Notes: generated by a model not told the origin, from the letters alone. A DNA stretch of 64,000 nucleotides from an uncultured Gemmatimonadales bacterium (GCA_963708135.1 OY970192.1:3968001-4032000), one strand, 5' to 3'; numbered from the stretch's first letter, positions 47,585 to 57,176 are shown. A program made the numbers and translations.

Positions 47585-48499
47585 ATGAGCCAATCACGGG
47601 AACAGCCCACCGATCCGGGCGAAACCCGCGCGGCGCGCGCGGAGGCACTTCTGCGCTCTCTCACCGGCATCCTCGATGCCCGCGTCGAGACCGACGCCGG
47701 CGGCGGGATCCGGCGCATCGCCCTCCTGGCGCAGCACGGCCTGGCCGCTCGCGACGCCGTGCGCAACGCGCAGTCCGCGCTCCTCGCCTCGCTCGGCCTC
47801 GCCATCGACTCCGATCGCGTCGCCATCGACTTCGGTGAGCCCGCCACTTCCCCGCCCTGGCGCGCCCACGCCGCGCACGTGCCCGCGCCCCGAGATCCGG
47901 CAGCCGCCGCAGGCTTCGTCACGTCAGTGCCGACCGGCCGCAACGGTAGCGCGGCGCCGCCGCAGAACGGGAAGGCTCACGCCCACGGCAACGGCGGCGC
48001 GCCGACACCAGAAACCACCCTGGGCAGCCGCGGCCGGGGCGCCTCCGTCGGCGCACCCCGCGCGCCCGGCCCAACGCATCGGACGGCGGAGCTCGCCGAG
48101 AGCGTCGATGCGGCGGAGACCGAAGTCGCGCCGGCCCATACCCGGCCCGCGCCCGGGCTCGTCCGTGTCGACATCGAGCCCGCCCCCCCGGACCGCGTGC
48201 GCGTCCGCGTCGTCCTCGCCTTCGAGGACCGCATCAACGTCGGTGAGGCCGATGGCATCGACACGCCCACGGCCCGCCTCGAGCTCGCCGCCCGCGCCCT
48301 GCTGCGCGCCGTCCCCGCGCGCCACGACCGCGACCTCGACGGCGTCCGTACCCTCGACATCGCCGGCCGCACCTACATCGTCGTCGCCGTCCGCTCGATC
48401 CGCGGCCGCACCGTTCAATACCACGCCGACGCCATTGCCGCCGACGGCCCGCTCGAGCACGCCGCGGCCCTGGCAACCCTCGGCGCCGTAATCCGATAG
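47585..48499 (+). CDS. Two-domain hypothetical protein with low-complexity linker
   Basis: AGGAG RBS and TTGACA at 47425. N-domain LTGILDARV...VRNAQSAL; C-domain VRVVL..VGEA.G...AAALATLGAV loosely like the LeuA regulatory fold. Confidence 0.7.
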   Translation: MSQSREQPTDPGETRAARAEALLRSLTGILDARVETDAGGGIRRIALLAQHGLAARDAVRNAQSALLASLGLAIDSDRVAIDFGEPATSPPWRAHAAHVPAPRDPAAAAGFVTSVPTGRNGSAAPPQNGKAHAHGNGGAPTPETTLGSRGRGASVGAPRAPGPTHRTAELAESVDAAETEVAPAHTRPAPGLVRVDIEPAPPDRVRVRVVLAFEDRINVGEADGIDTPTARLELAARALLRAVPARHDRDLDGVRTLDIAGRTYIVVAVRSIRGRTVQYHADAIAADGPLEHAAALATLGAVIR

Positions 48500-48645
48500 C
48501 ACGTCCCGATACACCAACAAGGACCTGCAACCCGAACAAGGAGCCCCCGTCCCGCACAGCGGAGCCCAGCATAGCGAAGTAGCGGAGTGACCGCGACCTA
48601 TGTCCTAGCCGAGGTCGACGTGATCTCCGAAGGGAGGTGAGCTGG

Positions 48646-48723
48646 GTGTTCCTTCAGGCGCTATTTGAGCTCATCGGCGCACTAGTTGCGCTTCTTGGCG
48701 GCGGTATCACCATCGCAAACTAG
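48646..48723 (+). CDS. 25-aa hydrophobic peptide (absent from ORF track)
   Basis: Strong GGGAGGTGA RBS at 48632-48640, GTG start, MFLQALFELIGALVALLGGGITIAN*, 26 nt before the HD-GYP start. Confidence 0.68.
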   Translation: MFLQALFELIGALVALLGGGITIAN

Positions 48724-48749
48724 CGTCGGGCGGGGGCTCCTCCTTCTGT

Positions 48750-50072
48750 ATGAACCGAAAAGGTCAATTCTTCTTCTGGGCGGTTTTGGTGGCAGCAGCA
48801 GCTTTGCTGCTGCCCCTGCCGTGGCGTGCGTTTTGGCTCTCGACTCCGCGCGAGATCCTCGGTCTCGCCACATTTGTAGGGCTTGCTGTGCTGTCGGAAG
48901 CCATGGCCATCGGCTTCACGTTCGGTGCGTCAAAGTCCAACGCATCCATTTCGTTCGTTCCGTTGCTGGCAGCGGTCGTGGTATTCCCGCCAGTGTTTTC
49001 GGTATCGGCTGCGGCCGTTACGGTATTTGTGGCAGAGGCCTTCTTGCGGCGCCGCCCTGCGTGGCTAACAGCATTCAACACCGGCCAGTACATATTAGGG
49101 TATGGAACCGCGGCGCTCATCTACTCTTGGCTTGCGCCCGGAGGCGGCGGAGACATCAGTCTGATAGCGTTCTTACCCGCCGCGCTGGCGTTTTTCTCGG
49201 CCAACCTTTTTATTGTTTCGGGATTTGTCTCCGTTCGGCGCGGTGAGAGTCTCATTGAAACCGCCCGCCAATTCGCAGGGCCGTCCGGCGCGAATCTGTT
49301 TTATGACTTTCTTGCCACACCAACAGCGCTTTTTGCGGCCTATTTGTACACCAAGTTCTATGTGGCCGGATTATTCCTGTTCATCTTGCCATTTCTGTTA
49401 ATCCGCTATTCGTTTATCTCGAAGATTCGACTGGAACAGGCCAACCGGGACCTAATTCGGGTCCTGATTAAGGCCATCGAGACCAGGGACCCCTATACAT
49501 CTGGGCATTCGGTTCGGGTTTCGACGTTGGCGAAGATGATAGCGGAGGACCTTCATCTCTCGAAACGAAGGATTTACGATATCGAGACAGCGGCGCTACT
49601 ACACGACATCGGTAAAATTGAGGCGCTCTACGCGGACGTGATAAGTAAGCCGTATTCGCTATCTGATACTGAACGGGCATTAATCCGGACCCATGCGACC
49701 AAGGGCGCTGACCTGCTGCACGGCCTCAGCGCCTTTGGCCCTGAGATCATCAAGGCGGTCCGTCATCATCACGAGCGATTTGACGGACAGGGTTACCCCG
49801 ACGGCATCTCGGGCGCCGCGATACCGCTTGCCGCAAGAATTATCATGTTATGCGATTCCATAGACGCAATGCTGTCGGATCGCCCCTACCGATCCGCTCT
49901 AACCGTTAACGCTACTTACAACGAGATAGTGCGATGTTCTGGCACTCAGTTTGACCCCGACATAGTCGAGGTGATCTTACGCAGAGATACGCTCAGGCGT
50001 GCGGCAGGCTTGGCTGAGGCGGAACCAACTAGACAGGCGTCCCTTACGGCAGCCGCCGCTGAGCCAGTCTAG
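48750..50072 (+). CDS. Membrane-anchored HD-GYP cyclic-dinucleotide phosphodiesterase
   Basis: Multi-TM N-terminal domain; ETRDPYTSGHS, LHDIGK, HHHERFDGQGYP, D..DAM.SDRPYR. Confidence 0.92.
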   Translation: MNRKGQFFFWAVLVAAAALLLPLPWRAFWLSTPREILGLATFVGLAVLSEAMAIGFTFGASKSNASISFVPLLAAVVVFPPVFSVSAAAVTVFVAEAFLRRRPAWLTAFNTGQYILGYGTAALIYSWLAPGGGGDISLIAFLPAALAFFSANLFIVSGFVSVRRGESLIETARQFAGPSGANLFYDFLATPTALFAAYLYTKFYVAGLFLFILPFLLIRYSFISKIRLEQANRDLIRVLIKAIETRDPYTSGHSVRVSTLAKMIAEDLHLSKRRIYDIETAALLHDIGKIEALYADVISKPYSLSDTERALIRTHATKGADLLHGLSAFGPEIIKAVRHHHERFDGQGYPDGISGAAIPLAARIIMLCDSIDAMLSDRPYRSALTVNATYNEIVRCSGTQFDPDIVEVILRRDTLRRAAGLAEAEPTRQASLTAAAAEPV

Positions 50073-50346
50073 AGGCGGCGACAGCGAGCTCTACATCTGG
50101 GAGGATAGCGGAAATTGCGGAATGGACATCAGCGACTTTGAAGCATACGCCGCCCTTAAGGGCGACGAAACCCTCCGCGTGCGGCCTGATCGCACCGCCT
50201 TGCTTGTTGTCGACATGCAGCGGTATTTCGTGGAACCTGAGTTCCCGTTCGGCCAAGTCTTAGCCAAGTTTCAGCCTGACGCAGCGGCTGCGTATTTCGA
50301 CCGTGTCAAAACTACCGTAGTTCCAAATGTCCAGGAATTGCTCAAG

Positions 50347-52319
50347 CCCATCTTGAACAGTTTGGAAGGGGTACGCGTCCGAAAGCCGTTGTGCCGCAAC
50401 AATCCGACCGCCGCCGCCGCCGATCTGTAGTGCCACAGAGTGCACCCCTAGACTCGCCCGTAAAGCAGGCTAACAACATTGCATCAGCGCCGGTCCACGC
50501 GTAGCTTGCCGTAGTGCTCCAACCGGCGAGGCGCCCGTGTTCCTGCGCAGCAAGCGAAGCGGCCGATACGAGTACCTGCAACTCGTCCACAACACGCGCG
50601 TGGACGGCCACATCCGCCAGCAGGTGCTGGCCACGCTGGGGCGCCTGGACCGGCTGCGGGGCAGCGGGCAACTGGACGGGCTGATCGCTTCGCTCAGCCG
50701 CTTCTCGGAGGTGAGCGCGGTGCTGGGCCCCGAGGGGCGCACGGCCCGCGAGGGGGCGGAGACAATCCGGATCGGCCCCGCACTCCTCTTCGAGCGGCTG
50801 TGGGAGGAGAGCACCATCGGGCCGGTGCTGCGGCGCGCGCTGGGGGCTCGGCGCTTCGAGTTCGACCTGGAGCGGGCGGTCTTCCTCACGGTGCTGCACC
50901 GGCTTTTCGCCTCCGGGAGTGATCGTGCGGCGGAGTACTGGCGGCAGGACTACCGCATCGGGGGTGTCGAGGACCTGGGGCTGCACCACCTCTACCGGGC
51001 CATGGCGTGGCTGGGCGAGGTGCTGCCGGCGAGTGAGCAGGTGGACGCAGCGCTGTTCGCGCCGCGCACGCGGAAGGACGCGCTCGAGGAGGCGCTGTTT
51101 GCAGCGCGGCGCGACCTCTTCAGCAGCCTGGACCTGGTCTTCTTCGACACCACTTCGCTGTACTTCGAGGGCGCGGGCGGGGAGCGGCTGGGCCGCTTCG
51201 GGAAAAGCAAGGACCACCGCCCCGACCGGCACCAGATGGTCGTGGGCGCGATCCTGGACACGGAGGGGCGCCCCGTCGCGAGCGAGCTCTGGCCGGGCAA
51301 CACGGCGGATGTGCGGACACTGCTCCCGGTCGTGGACCGGCTGCGCAGCCGGTTTGCGCTGGAGGAGCTCTGTGTCGTGGCCGACCGGGGCATGATCAGC
51401 CGCGCGACCATGGCGGCGCTCGAAGGCGAGGACACGCGCTGCCACTACATCCTGGGCGCGCGCATGCGGAAGGTGAAGGAGGTGCGCGAGGTGGTGCTCG
51501 CCGACCCGGCGCCGTTCGAGGCGGTGCGCGGGCCGCGCACGCGAAGCGAGGACCCGGCACCGCTCCAGGTGAAGGAGGTCCGCGTCGGTCCGCGGCGCTA
51601 CATCGTCTGCTTCAACCCCGAGCAGGCGAAGAAGGAGCGCGCGGACCGGGAGGCGATCCTCACCGCGCTGGAGGCGCAGCTCCGCCAGGGCGAGGGGAGC
51701 CTGGTCGGCAACAAGGGCTGCCGGAAGTACCTGAAGACGCCCGGTCAGCACTTCGAGATCGACGATGCCCGGGTGGAGGCGGAGGCGCGCTACGACGGGC
51801 TCTGGGTCCTCCAGACCGACCTGGAGCTGCCCCCGGCCGAGGTCGCGCTCCGCTACAAGGAGCTCTGGCAGGTCGAGGCGCTCTTCCGCAGCATGAAGTC
51901 CGTCCTCGACACCCGGCCGATCTACCACCAGAGCGATGCGGCCATCTGCGGCCACGTCTTCGCGAGCTTCCTGGCGCTCGTGCTCCTGGACGAGCTGCGC
52001 CGGCGCATGGACCGCCGCGGCTTCGGCTACGAGTGGGCCCGGCTGCGGGCGGACTTGGACGCACTGGAGGAGATCCGGTTGGAGGCCGTCGGCCGCACCG
52101 TGCTCGTGCGCAGCCTCCCGCGCGGCGCGGCGGGCGCGGCGCTCCAGGCCGCCGGTGTCGCTCTCGGCCCCGCCGTGCGCTTCGTCGAGCTGGAGCCCGA
52201 CGCAGGCGAGTAGCCTTCCTACCCGCACCTCCCCCCAAGACCGTAGTGCCAAGGCGCCGTGCCACGCCCGTAACTCTGCATCACAGCCACACTTGCAAAT
52301 CGCTACTGTTCAAGATGGG
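50347..52319 (+). mobile_element. IS1634-family insertion sequence (1973 bp)
   Basis: 15-bp perfect TIRs CCCATCTTGAACAGT / ACTGTTCAAGATGGG, flanked by 5-bp direct repeat TCAAG (50342-50346 and 52320-52324). Confidence 0.93.
50537..52213 (+). CDS. IS1634-family DDE transposase
   Basis: YLQLVH..R..G..RQ.V.A.LGR N-terminus, FFDTTS.YFEG, GKSKDHRPD, VADRG, Y..LWQVE..FR..K, RPIYH. Confidence 0.93.
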   Translation: MFLRSKRSGRYEYLQLVHNTRVDGHIRQQVLATLGRLDRLRGSGQLDGLIASLSRFSEVSAVLGPEGRTAREGAETIRIGPALLFERLWEESTIGPVLRRALGARRFEFDLERAVFLTVLHRLFASGSDRAAEYWRQDYRIGGVEDLGLHHLYRAMAWLGEVLPASEQVDAALFAPRTRKDALEEALFAARRDLFSSLDLVFFDTTSLYFEGAGGERLGRFGKSKDHRPDRHQMVVGAILDTEGRPVASELWPGNTADVRTLLPVVDRLRSRFALEELCVVADRGMISRATMAALEGEDTRCHYILGARMRKVKEVREVVLADPAPFEAVRGPRTRSEDPAPLQVKEVRVGPRRYIVCFNPEQAKKERADREAILTALEAQLRQGEGSLVGNKGCRKYLKTPGQHFEIDDARVEAEARYDGLWVLQTDLELPPAEVALRYKELWQVEALFRSMKSVLDTRPIYHQSDAAICGHVFASFLALVLLDELRRRMDRRGFGYEWARLRADLDALEEIRLEAVGRTVLVRSLPRGAAGAALQAAGVALGPAVRFVELEPDAGE

Positions 52320-52876
52320 TCAAGTCTTGTCGCAAACTGGGAATCCCGACCTACTTCACGGCTCTCGGCTCCCTCCGCAGTGACGGGCGGGATCTGCCCG
52401 GCTAGGCTCGTCAACTCAACAAATTGAGCCAGAAGACGGTTGGTGCGCCAATGTACCCACCGCGGGATGACGACAGTTGGCAGATTCACGCGACTCTCGC
52501 TCCCCGGCAAGGTGAACCCGTGCTGGCAAAGACAACCAGCGGACCGCTGAACTCTGCTCGGCTGGATCAAACGCTCCACATGCTTGGCGTAGACACTGTC
52601 CTCGTTGTCGGCGTGACCACGGACGTTTGCGTTACTCAGGCAGCCCGCGAGTTGGCCAATGGCGGCTTCAGCGTCATCATTCTTGCAGACAGCTGTGCCG
52701 CTCCAGGCGACGATCGACACCGATCGGCGCTGGAGACGTTCGCCATGGTATTTGGACGCGTTTGTTCAACCCGGTCGGTTTTAGAGGCGCTTGAAGAGAA
52801 CTAACGCGCCGCCTCTAGGCCCCTTTGGGCAGCTTCTTGTCCCATCCTGCTATTGCAATCGGCGGGAGCTTTTCTT

Positions 52877-53677
52877 CTATTTGGACCGTCCGCTGCCCGC
52901 GTCCCTTTTCGTGGAGCACGCCTGCTCCCGGCGAAGCCAACTCTCTACAATCCACTCCCAGCCCAAGCACGATTTCACGTCGGTCGGGCGGCATCCGACC
53001 AGCCTTTTCATCTGATTGCTCATCGTAAAGGCATCTGGGTAGCCGAACATTGACGCAACGCTCCCCGCACTCCGCTGGGTGTGCTGGAGGTGGATGCTGA
53101 CGTGGAGCAGCCGGGCGAACTGGAGCCAATGCGACGGCACGGGCAGGTGCTGAACTTCGAAATGCCGTCCAAGAGTTCTCCGGGACATATAGAGCTTTCT
53201 CGTCAGCTTTGAGAGGCTGTTGACCTGTGGCGCTAGCCGGAAGATCAGGCGGATTTCTTCCAAGGCGTTTGTATCGACCACGGCGCCTCTCGTGTGGAGG
53301 TATTCGGTTACGCTCGCGGACAGGTCAAGAGGTGGCGTGGCAAGTAGGCGCGCAAGCGTTCGCGGATTGGCCAGTTCCCCCTCCGGTAAGACGGCACGGG
53401 GGTGGGCCGCCGGCAATAGGTCGAGATACTGTCGGAGAGCAACCACCGCCGCTGGCCGGGGTAGGATGATAAACAACGGCACGCCGGCTGGACGACGTTC
53501 CAGCCATCGAGATTCGGCGCAGATGTTCTCGGTCGCACCCAGCCACCAAGCCAGAGCATGCCCACGGGGCGGCTCCGTGTCCGGTCTCCAGGAAAAGTCG
53601 ATAGGAGTGTGAACCTCGTAGGCAGGGGTGAGGAGCGTGAGGCGGTGCTTCCCCTGGGGAATCTCAGGCGTGGACAT
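52877..53677 (-). CDS. AraC-type HTH transcriptional regulator
   Basis: LYMSRRTLGRHF...P.HWLQFARL, VA..FGYPDAFTMSNQMKRLVG.RP double-HTH pattern. Confidence 0.8.
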   Translation of the reverse strand: MSTPEIPQGKHRLTLLTPAYEVHTPIDFSWRPDTEPPRGHALAWWLGATENICAESRWLERRPAGVPLFIILPRPAAVVALRQYLDLLPAAHPRAVLPEGELANPRTLARLLATPPLDLSASVTEYLHTRGAVVDTNALEEIRLIFRLAPQVNSLSKLTRKLYMSRRTLGRHFEVQHLPVPSHWLQFARLLHVSIHLQHTQRSAGSVASMFGYPDAFTMSNQMKRLVGCRPTDVKSCLGWEWIVESWLRREQACSTKRDAGSGRSK

Positions 53678-53829
53678 GGTCGGCTCCAGGCAAGGGGTGA
53701 TCGACGCCCCTAAATTGGCCGACCTCTGTCAGCCCGGTATCATCCGAGGATGCGTAAGCTGAGATAAGGGCAGCAGTTAGGGCCGCGACAACCGCCAGCG
53801 CGAAGCCGCGAGCTGAGGAGGCCTTCAGG

Positions 53830-56800
53830 ATGTCAGCACTTCATCTCATCACTCTAGGACGCTGCGCTCTCCTTTCCGGCGGGGCCGTGGTCCTAAGATC
53901 CCGGCCTAAGGAATTGGCGCTTCTCGCGTACCTTGCCCTATCGTCGGAGCGGCCGGTTACGCGCGTAGAATTGGTGCGCCTCTTCTGGAACGACAGAAAC
54001 GAACGCCGAAGCAGGCACGCACTGAGTCAGGCGCTGCACTCCTTGAAACGTACCTTGCCGAACCTCACGATCGGTTCAGGCGGTGACGAGCTATGGATCT
54101 CGCCAGGTAAGCTTCAGGTGGATGTTAGCCTTTTCAGAACTGCAATTGTGCGCAACGAGCTTGAGGAGGCTGCACGGCACTTTGCCGGGCACTTCATGAA
54201 TGGGTTACGCATCAGCGCTACGCGCGACTTCGAGGAGTGGCAGGAGCAAACGCGGGCACAACTATCACATGAAGCATTGGTCGTGTTTCGAAGCCTTGCT
54301 CGTTCCTACTATGCGGCAGGAGACGTACACCAAGCAGGCCACTTTGCGGCTCAGGCGCTCCGGCTCCAGCCAATGGACGAGCAAATGATCCGGATCGGGC
54401 GGGAGGCGGCTAGTGTTGACCTTCGATCCGCTAATAGGGACACCGTGGCGCAGTTTCCAATTCCAGATTTGAGATCGGAACTGGCGCCGGAGTTGGCGTG
54501 CCGACATCCGACTCTGCCTTTTGTGGGACGGTCACACGAGCTAGCGGCTGCCCAAGAGATTTTTCACGCTGCAGCAGTTAGAGGACTTAGAGTCCTGAGC
54601 GTCACCGGCGAGGCTGGTGTCGGCAAGACGCGATTTTGTGAGCAGGTGCTCCGGTGGGCCGCGATTCGGGGTGCCCGCGTGTTACATGGGCGTTGCTCGC
54701 ACGGCGCGTCACAACTCCCGTACGGTGCAATTGCCAGTGCCCTCGCGGACGGCTTCGACTCAGGGGACCTGAGCGTCCTGTCGACTCGCTTGCGGAGGTC
54801 ACTCTGTCGAATCGTCCCGGAATTGTGCCACCCGCGCGGACAGCAGCTCGCCCATGGGGCTTCGCCTCGTGCGCGACAAGAGATTTGCGAGTCTTCGGCA
54901 CGATTGCTCGCGATCAGTTCCGGCGACCGCCCTACGGCGTTGTTCCTGGATGATTTTCAATGGAGCGACGACTCGACGATACGGCTACTAAGCTACCTAT
55001 TGCAGCGCTTGCCGAACGCGACTCTCTTTGTCCTGCTCGCGTCGCGCCCCAAGCTCGCTACGGAGGGCGCCGTCGCCGCGTTCTTGAGGCACCTCCCCGC
55101 CGATCGCTGCGATTCCATCTCTCTGGACGAATTTGACGAACCCACCGTACGCGAGCTTGTATCGAAGGCTTACGCGGGCCACGCCCATGGCGATCTGCAT
55201 GAGCTTGGCACGGAACTGTTCAGACTCGTGGGGGGCCACGCCTTCTTACTAGGCGAACTGATTCTGGCGGCTCAACGAGACGGACGTGGACCCAATGGCA
55301 ACCCGTCCCGCCCGCAGGACCTGATTGGCCCGCGCACACCGTCATCGATCGAGAGGTTTCTCTCGGAGAGAGTCTGCCAACTGACTGGAGAAGAGACCAA
55401 CGTGCTCGAGGCCACCGCCGTACTCGGCGACCAGGCTACGCTAAACATAATTTCGCGGCTCACAGGAGCGAACGAAGACCGCGCGACTCGCTCGCTCGAC
55501 TCCCTCGAGCGCGCACGGCTAATCCGGATTACTCGAACACGAATAGCGTTTGCACATGATTTGGTTCGGGAGGCGGTATACGCACGTATGGGCGCGGCAC
55601 GTCGGCTTCTCCTTCACAAGCGAGCTGCGGTTGATTTGACTTCCAACGGCAATGTGCCCGTCGGCACGATCGCGCAGCACTGGGATCTGGCCGGGGAGCG
55701 GCCTTTTGCGTTCCAGTGCGCACTTCGGGCCGCGGAGGAGGCGCAAAAGGTCGGCGGAACTGCTGAAGAGGAGCACTTCCTCCAAATGGCTATTCAGAAC
55801 GCCATCTCCCCGAGCAACTTATCACATGCGCGGTGGCGGCTCGCTGAGCACTATTCCACCCTGAATAGGTACGAACATGCGCGCGCCCTGTTGGGGGAGA
55901 TGGCGGCGGCCGAAGATGGGACCGATCCGGACAATGCTTTCTTGGTTGAGGCCATGCTATTCGGCATCGCGGTACGCACTGGAGACATGGATACGCGAAC
56001 ACTGGATCAGAAGTATAAGTCATTATCGGATCCGTATTTGGCCTCTCCAGACAGCGACGGTGCTCTTGAACTCTTGTGGCATCGCGTCTTAGCCTCTCAT
56101 TACCTCAATGACATTAGGTCCTCGCTTGACGAACTGGATCGGTTGGTGGATTGGGGCAGGAATGCTTCAGATCCGAGCCGTGCAGTACGGGCACTGGTGT
56201 TGGCCTCCCACGTCGTTACAGCAAATTTCGGCCTCGACGCGGCGGAACCTCTGATCGCGCAGAGTGTCGCGAGAGCCGTGGAAGCTGGCACCGCCTCGGC
56301 AATGGCATCGGCATTGGCGTGTCGAGCAGCGAACCGTCTCCAGCGCGGGAGGCTAACCGAGGCACTCGAAGATTTTTCTAAGGCTCAGGATCTTGAACAG
56401 AGGGCGGGGCTTTCCTCGTTCTGGATGGGTGCTGCCAACAATTATGGAGTCACGTTGCTCGAGGCCGGTGAGCTGGCCGCTGCAGTTGCGATCTTCGAAG
56501 GGGCGGTCAGCGTGGCGCGTGCGAGCGGACGCATAGATTGGCCCTTCCCAATGCTCAATCTCGCGATGGCGCATTATGAGCGACGCTGCTTTGCGGATGT
56601 CCGCAGGACGTGTCTCGATCTTGTCGGGGATCCGGCGCTTGCGGCGTGTCGACCGAACGTGGCAATGGCGTTGGCGTTACTCGGCCTGGTCGATCTGGAG
56701 GAGGAGAGATTCGCGCGGGCCAGACACTGGAACCTGGCATGTCGTGAATTCACTCCGGAGGACCCGGTGCAGCTGGTGCTCGATATGTCCTACCCCGAGG

Positions 56801-57114
56801 CGCTCAACGCGCGGATTCTCGCGCTCGATGGGCGGCGGGGGGAGGCGATTGCGCGGTTGCGGGCGGTGCTGGCGGCGTATGAGAATCGGGACGTGTTCTG
56901 CCGGAACAGGTTGCGACTGGAGCTGGCGCGACAGCTGGTGGCGGTGGACCGTGATGAGGCGGAGGCGCAGGCGCTCGCGGTGAAGGCGTTCGGGGAGGAG
57001 TCGGGGGCCAGGCCGCTGGTGCGGAAGGCGAGGAATCTGCTGCAGGCAATGGGGCGGCCGGTGCGCGCGGGGGGGCGTGGGGCGCACCTTGCCGCCTCCA
57101 CGGCGCAGAGATAG
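53830..57114 (+). CDS. SARP-like (wHTH-BTAD) regulator with AAA ATPase and TPR repeats
   Basis: LITLG, LALLAYL, LSQAL..L, FEEW BTAD features; PFVGR..EL, GEAGVGKT, LDDFQWSD, FAHDLVRE; helical repeats. Confidence 0.88.
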   Translation: MSALHLITLGRCALLSGGAVVLRSRPKELALLAYLALSSERPVTRVELVRLFWNDRNERRSRHALSQALHSLKRTLPNLTIGSGGDELWISPGKLQVDVSLFRTAIVRNELEEAARHFAGHFMNGLRISATRDFEEWQEQTRAQLSHEALVVFRSLARSYYAAGDVHQAGHFAAQALRLQPMDEQMIRIGREAASVDLRSANRDTVAQFPIPDLRSELAPELACRHPTLPFVGRSHELAAAQEIFHAAAVRGLRVLSVTGEAGVGKTRFCEQVLRWAAIRGARVLHGRCSHGASQLPYGAIASALADGFDSGDLSVLSTRLRRSLCRIVPELCHPRGQQLAHGASPRARQEICESSARLLAISSGDRPTALFLDDFQWSDDSTIRLLSYLLQRLPNATLFVLLASRPKLATEGAVAAFLRHLPADRCDSISLDEFDEPTVRELVSKAYAGHAHGDLHELGTELFRLVGGHAFLLGELILAAQRDGRGPNGNPSRPQDLIGPRTPSSIERFLSERVCQLTGEETNVLEATAVLGDQATLNIISRLTGANEDRATRSLDSLERARLIRITRTRIAFAHDLVREAVYARMGAARRLLLHKRAAVDLTSNGNVPVGTIAQHWDLAGERPFAFQCALRAAEEAQKVGGTAEEEHFLQMAIQNAISPSNLSHARWRLAEHYSTLNRYEHARALLGEMAAAEDGTDPDNAFLVEAMLFGIAVRTGDMDTRTLDQKYKSLSDPYLASPDSDGALELLWHRVLASHYLNDIRSSLDELDRLVDWGRNASDPSRAVRALVLASHVVTANFGLDAAEPLIAQSVARAVEAGTASAMASALACRAANRLQRGRLTEALEDFSKAQDLEQRAGLSSFWMGAANNYGVTLLEAGELAAAVAIFEGAVSVARASGRIDWPFPMLNLAMAHYERRCFADVRRTCLDLVGDPALAACRPNVAMALALLGLVDLEEERFARARHWNLACREFTPEDPVQLVLDMSYPEALNARILALDGRRGEAIARLRAVLAAYENRDVFCRNRLRLELARQLVAVDRDEAEAQALAVKAFGEESGARPLVRKARNLLQAMGRPVRAGGRGAHLAASTAQR

Positions 57115-57176
57115 GTTGCGGAGTCATCCTCGAAGGCATCCGCACTCCGACCGGCCCTCTTCGGCCTCCCGGTTCT

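Larger units (their letters stand above)
50122..52804 (+). pseudogene. Isochorismatase-family cysteine hydrolase interrupted by IS1634
   Basis: ALLVVDMQ before the IS; frame resumes KSCRKLGIP after it, with K and VTTDVCV catalytic motifs. Additional in-frame TAG at 52403-52405. Confidence 0.88.

Noticed and set aside
50342..52252. 636-aa ORF antisense to the transposase
   Set aside because: Mirror frame of the IS1634 transposase with no independent features.
52403..52405. In-frame TAG as possible pyrrolysine or readthrough codon
   Set aside because: The gene is already IS-disrupted, a TGG-to-TAG change explains it, and no pyl genes are in the window.
53830..57114. ATPase + TPR protein as an Avs-type antiphage STAND system
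   Set aside because: N-terminus is a wHTH-BTAD regulator module, not a nuclease, TIR, SIR2 or protease effector, and no defence genes are adjacent.
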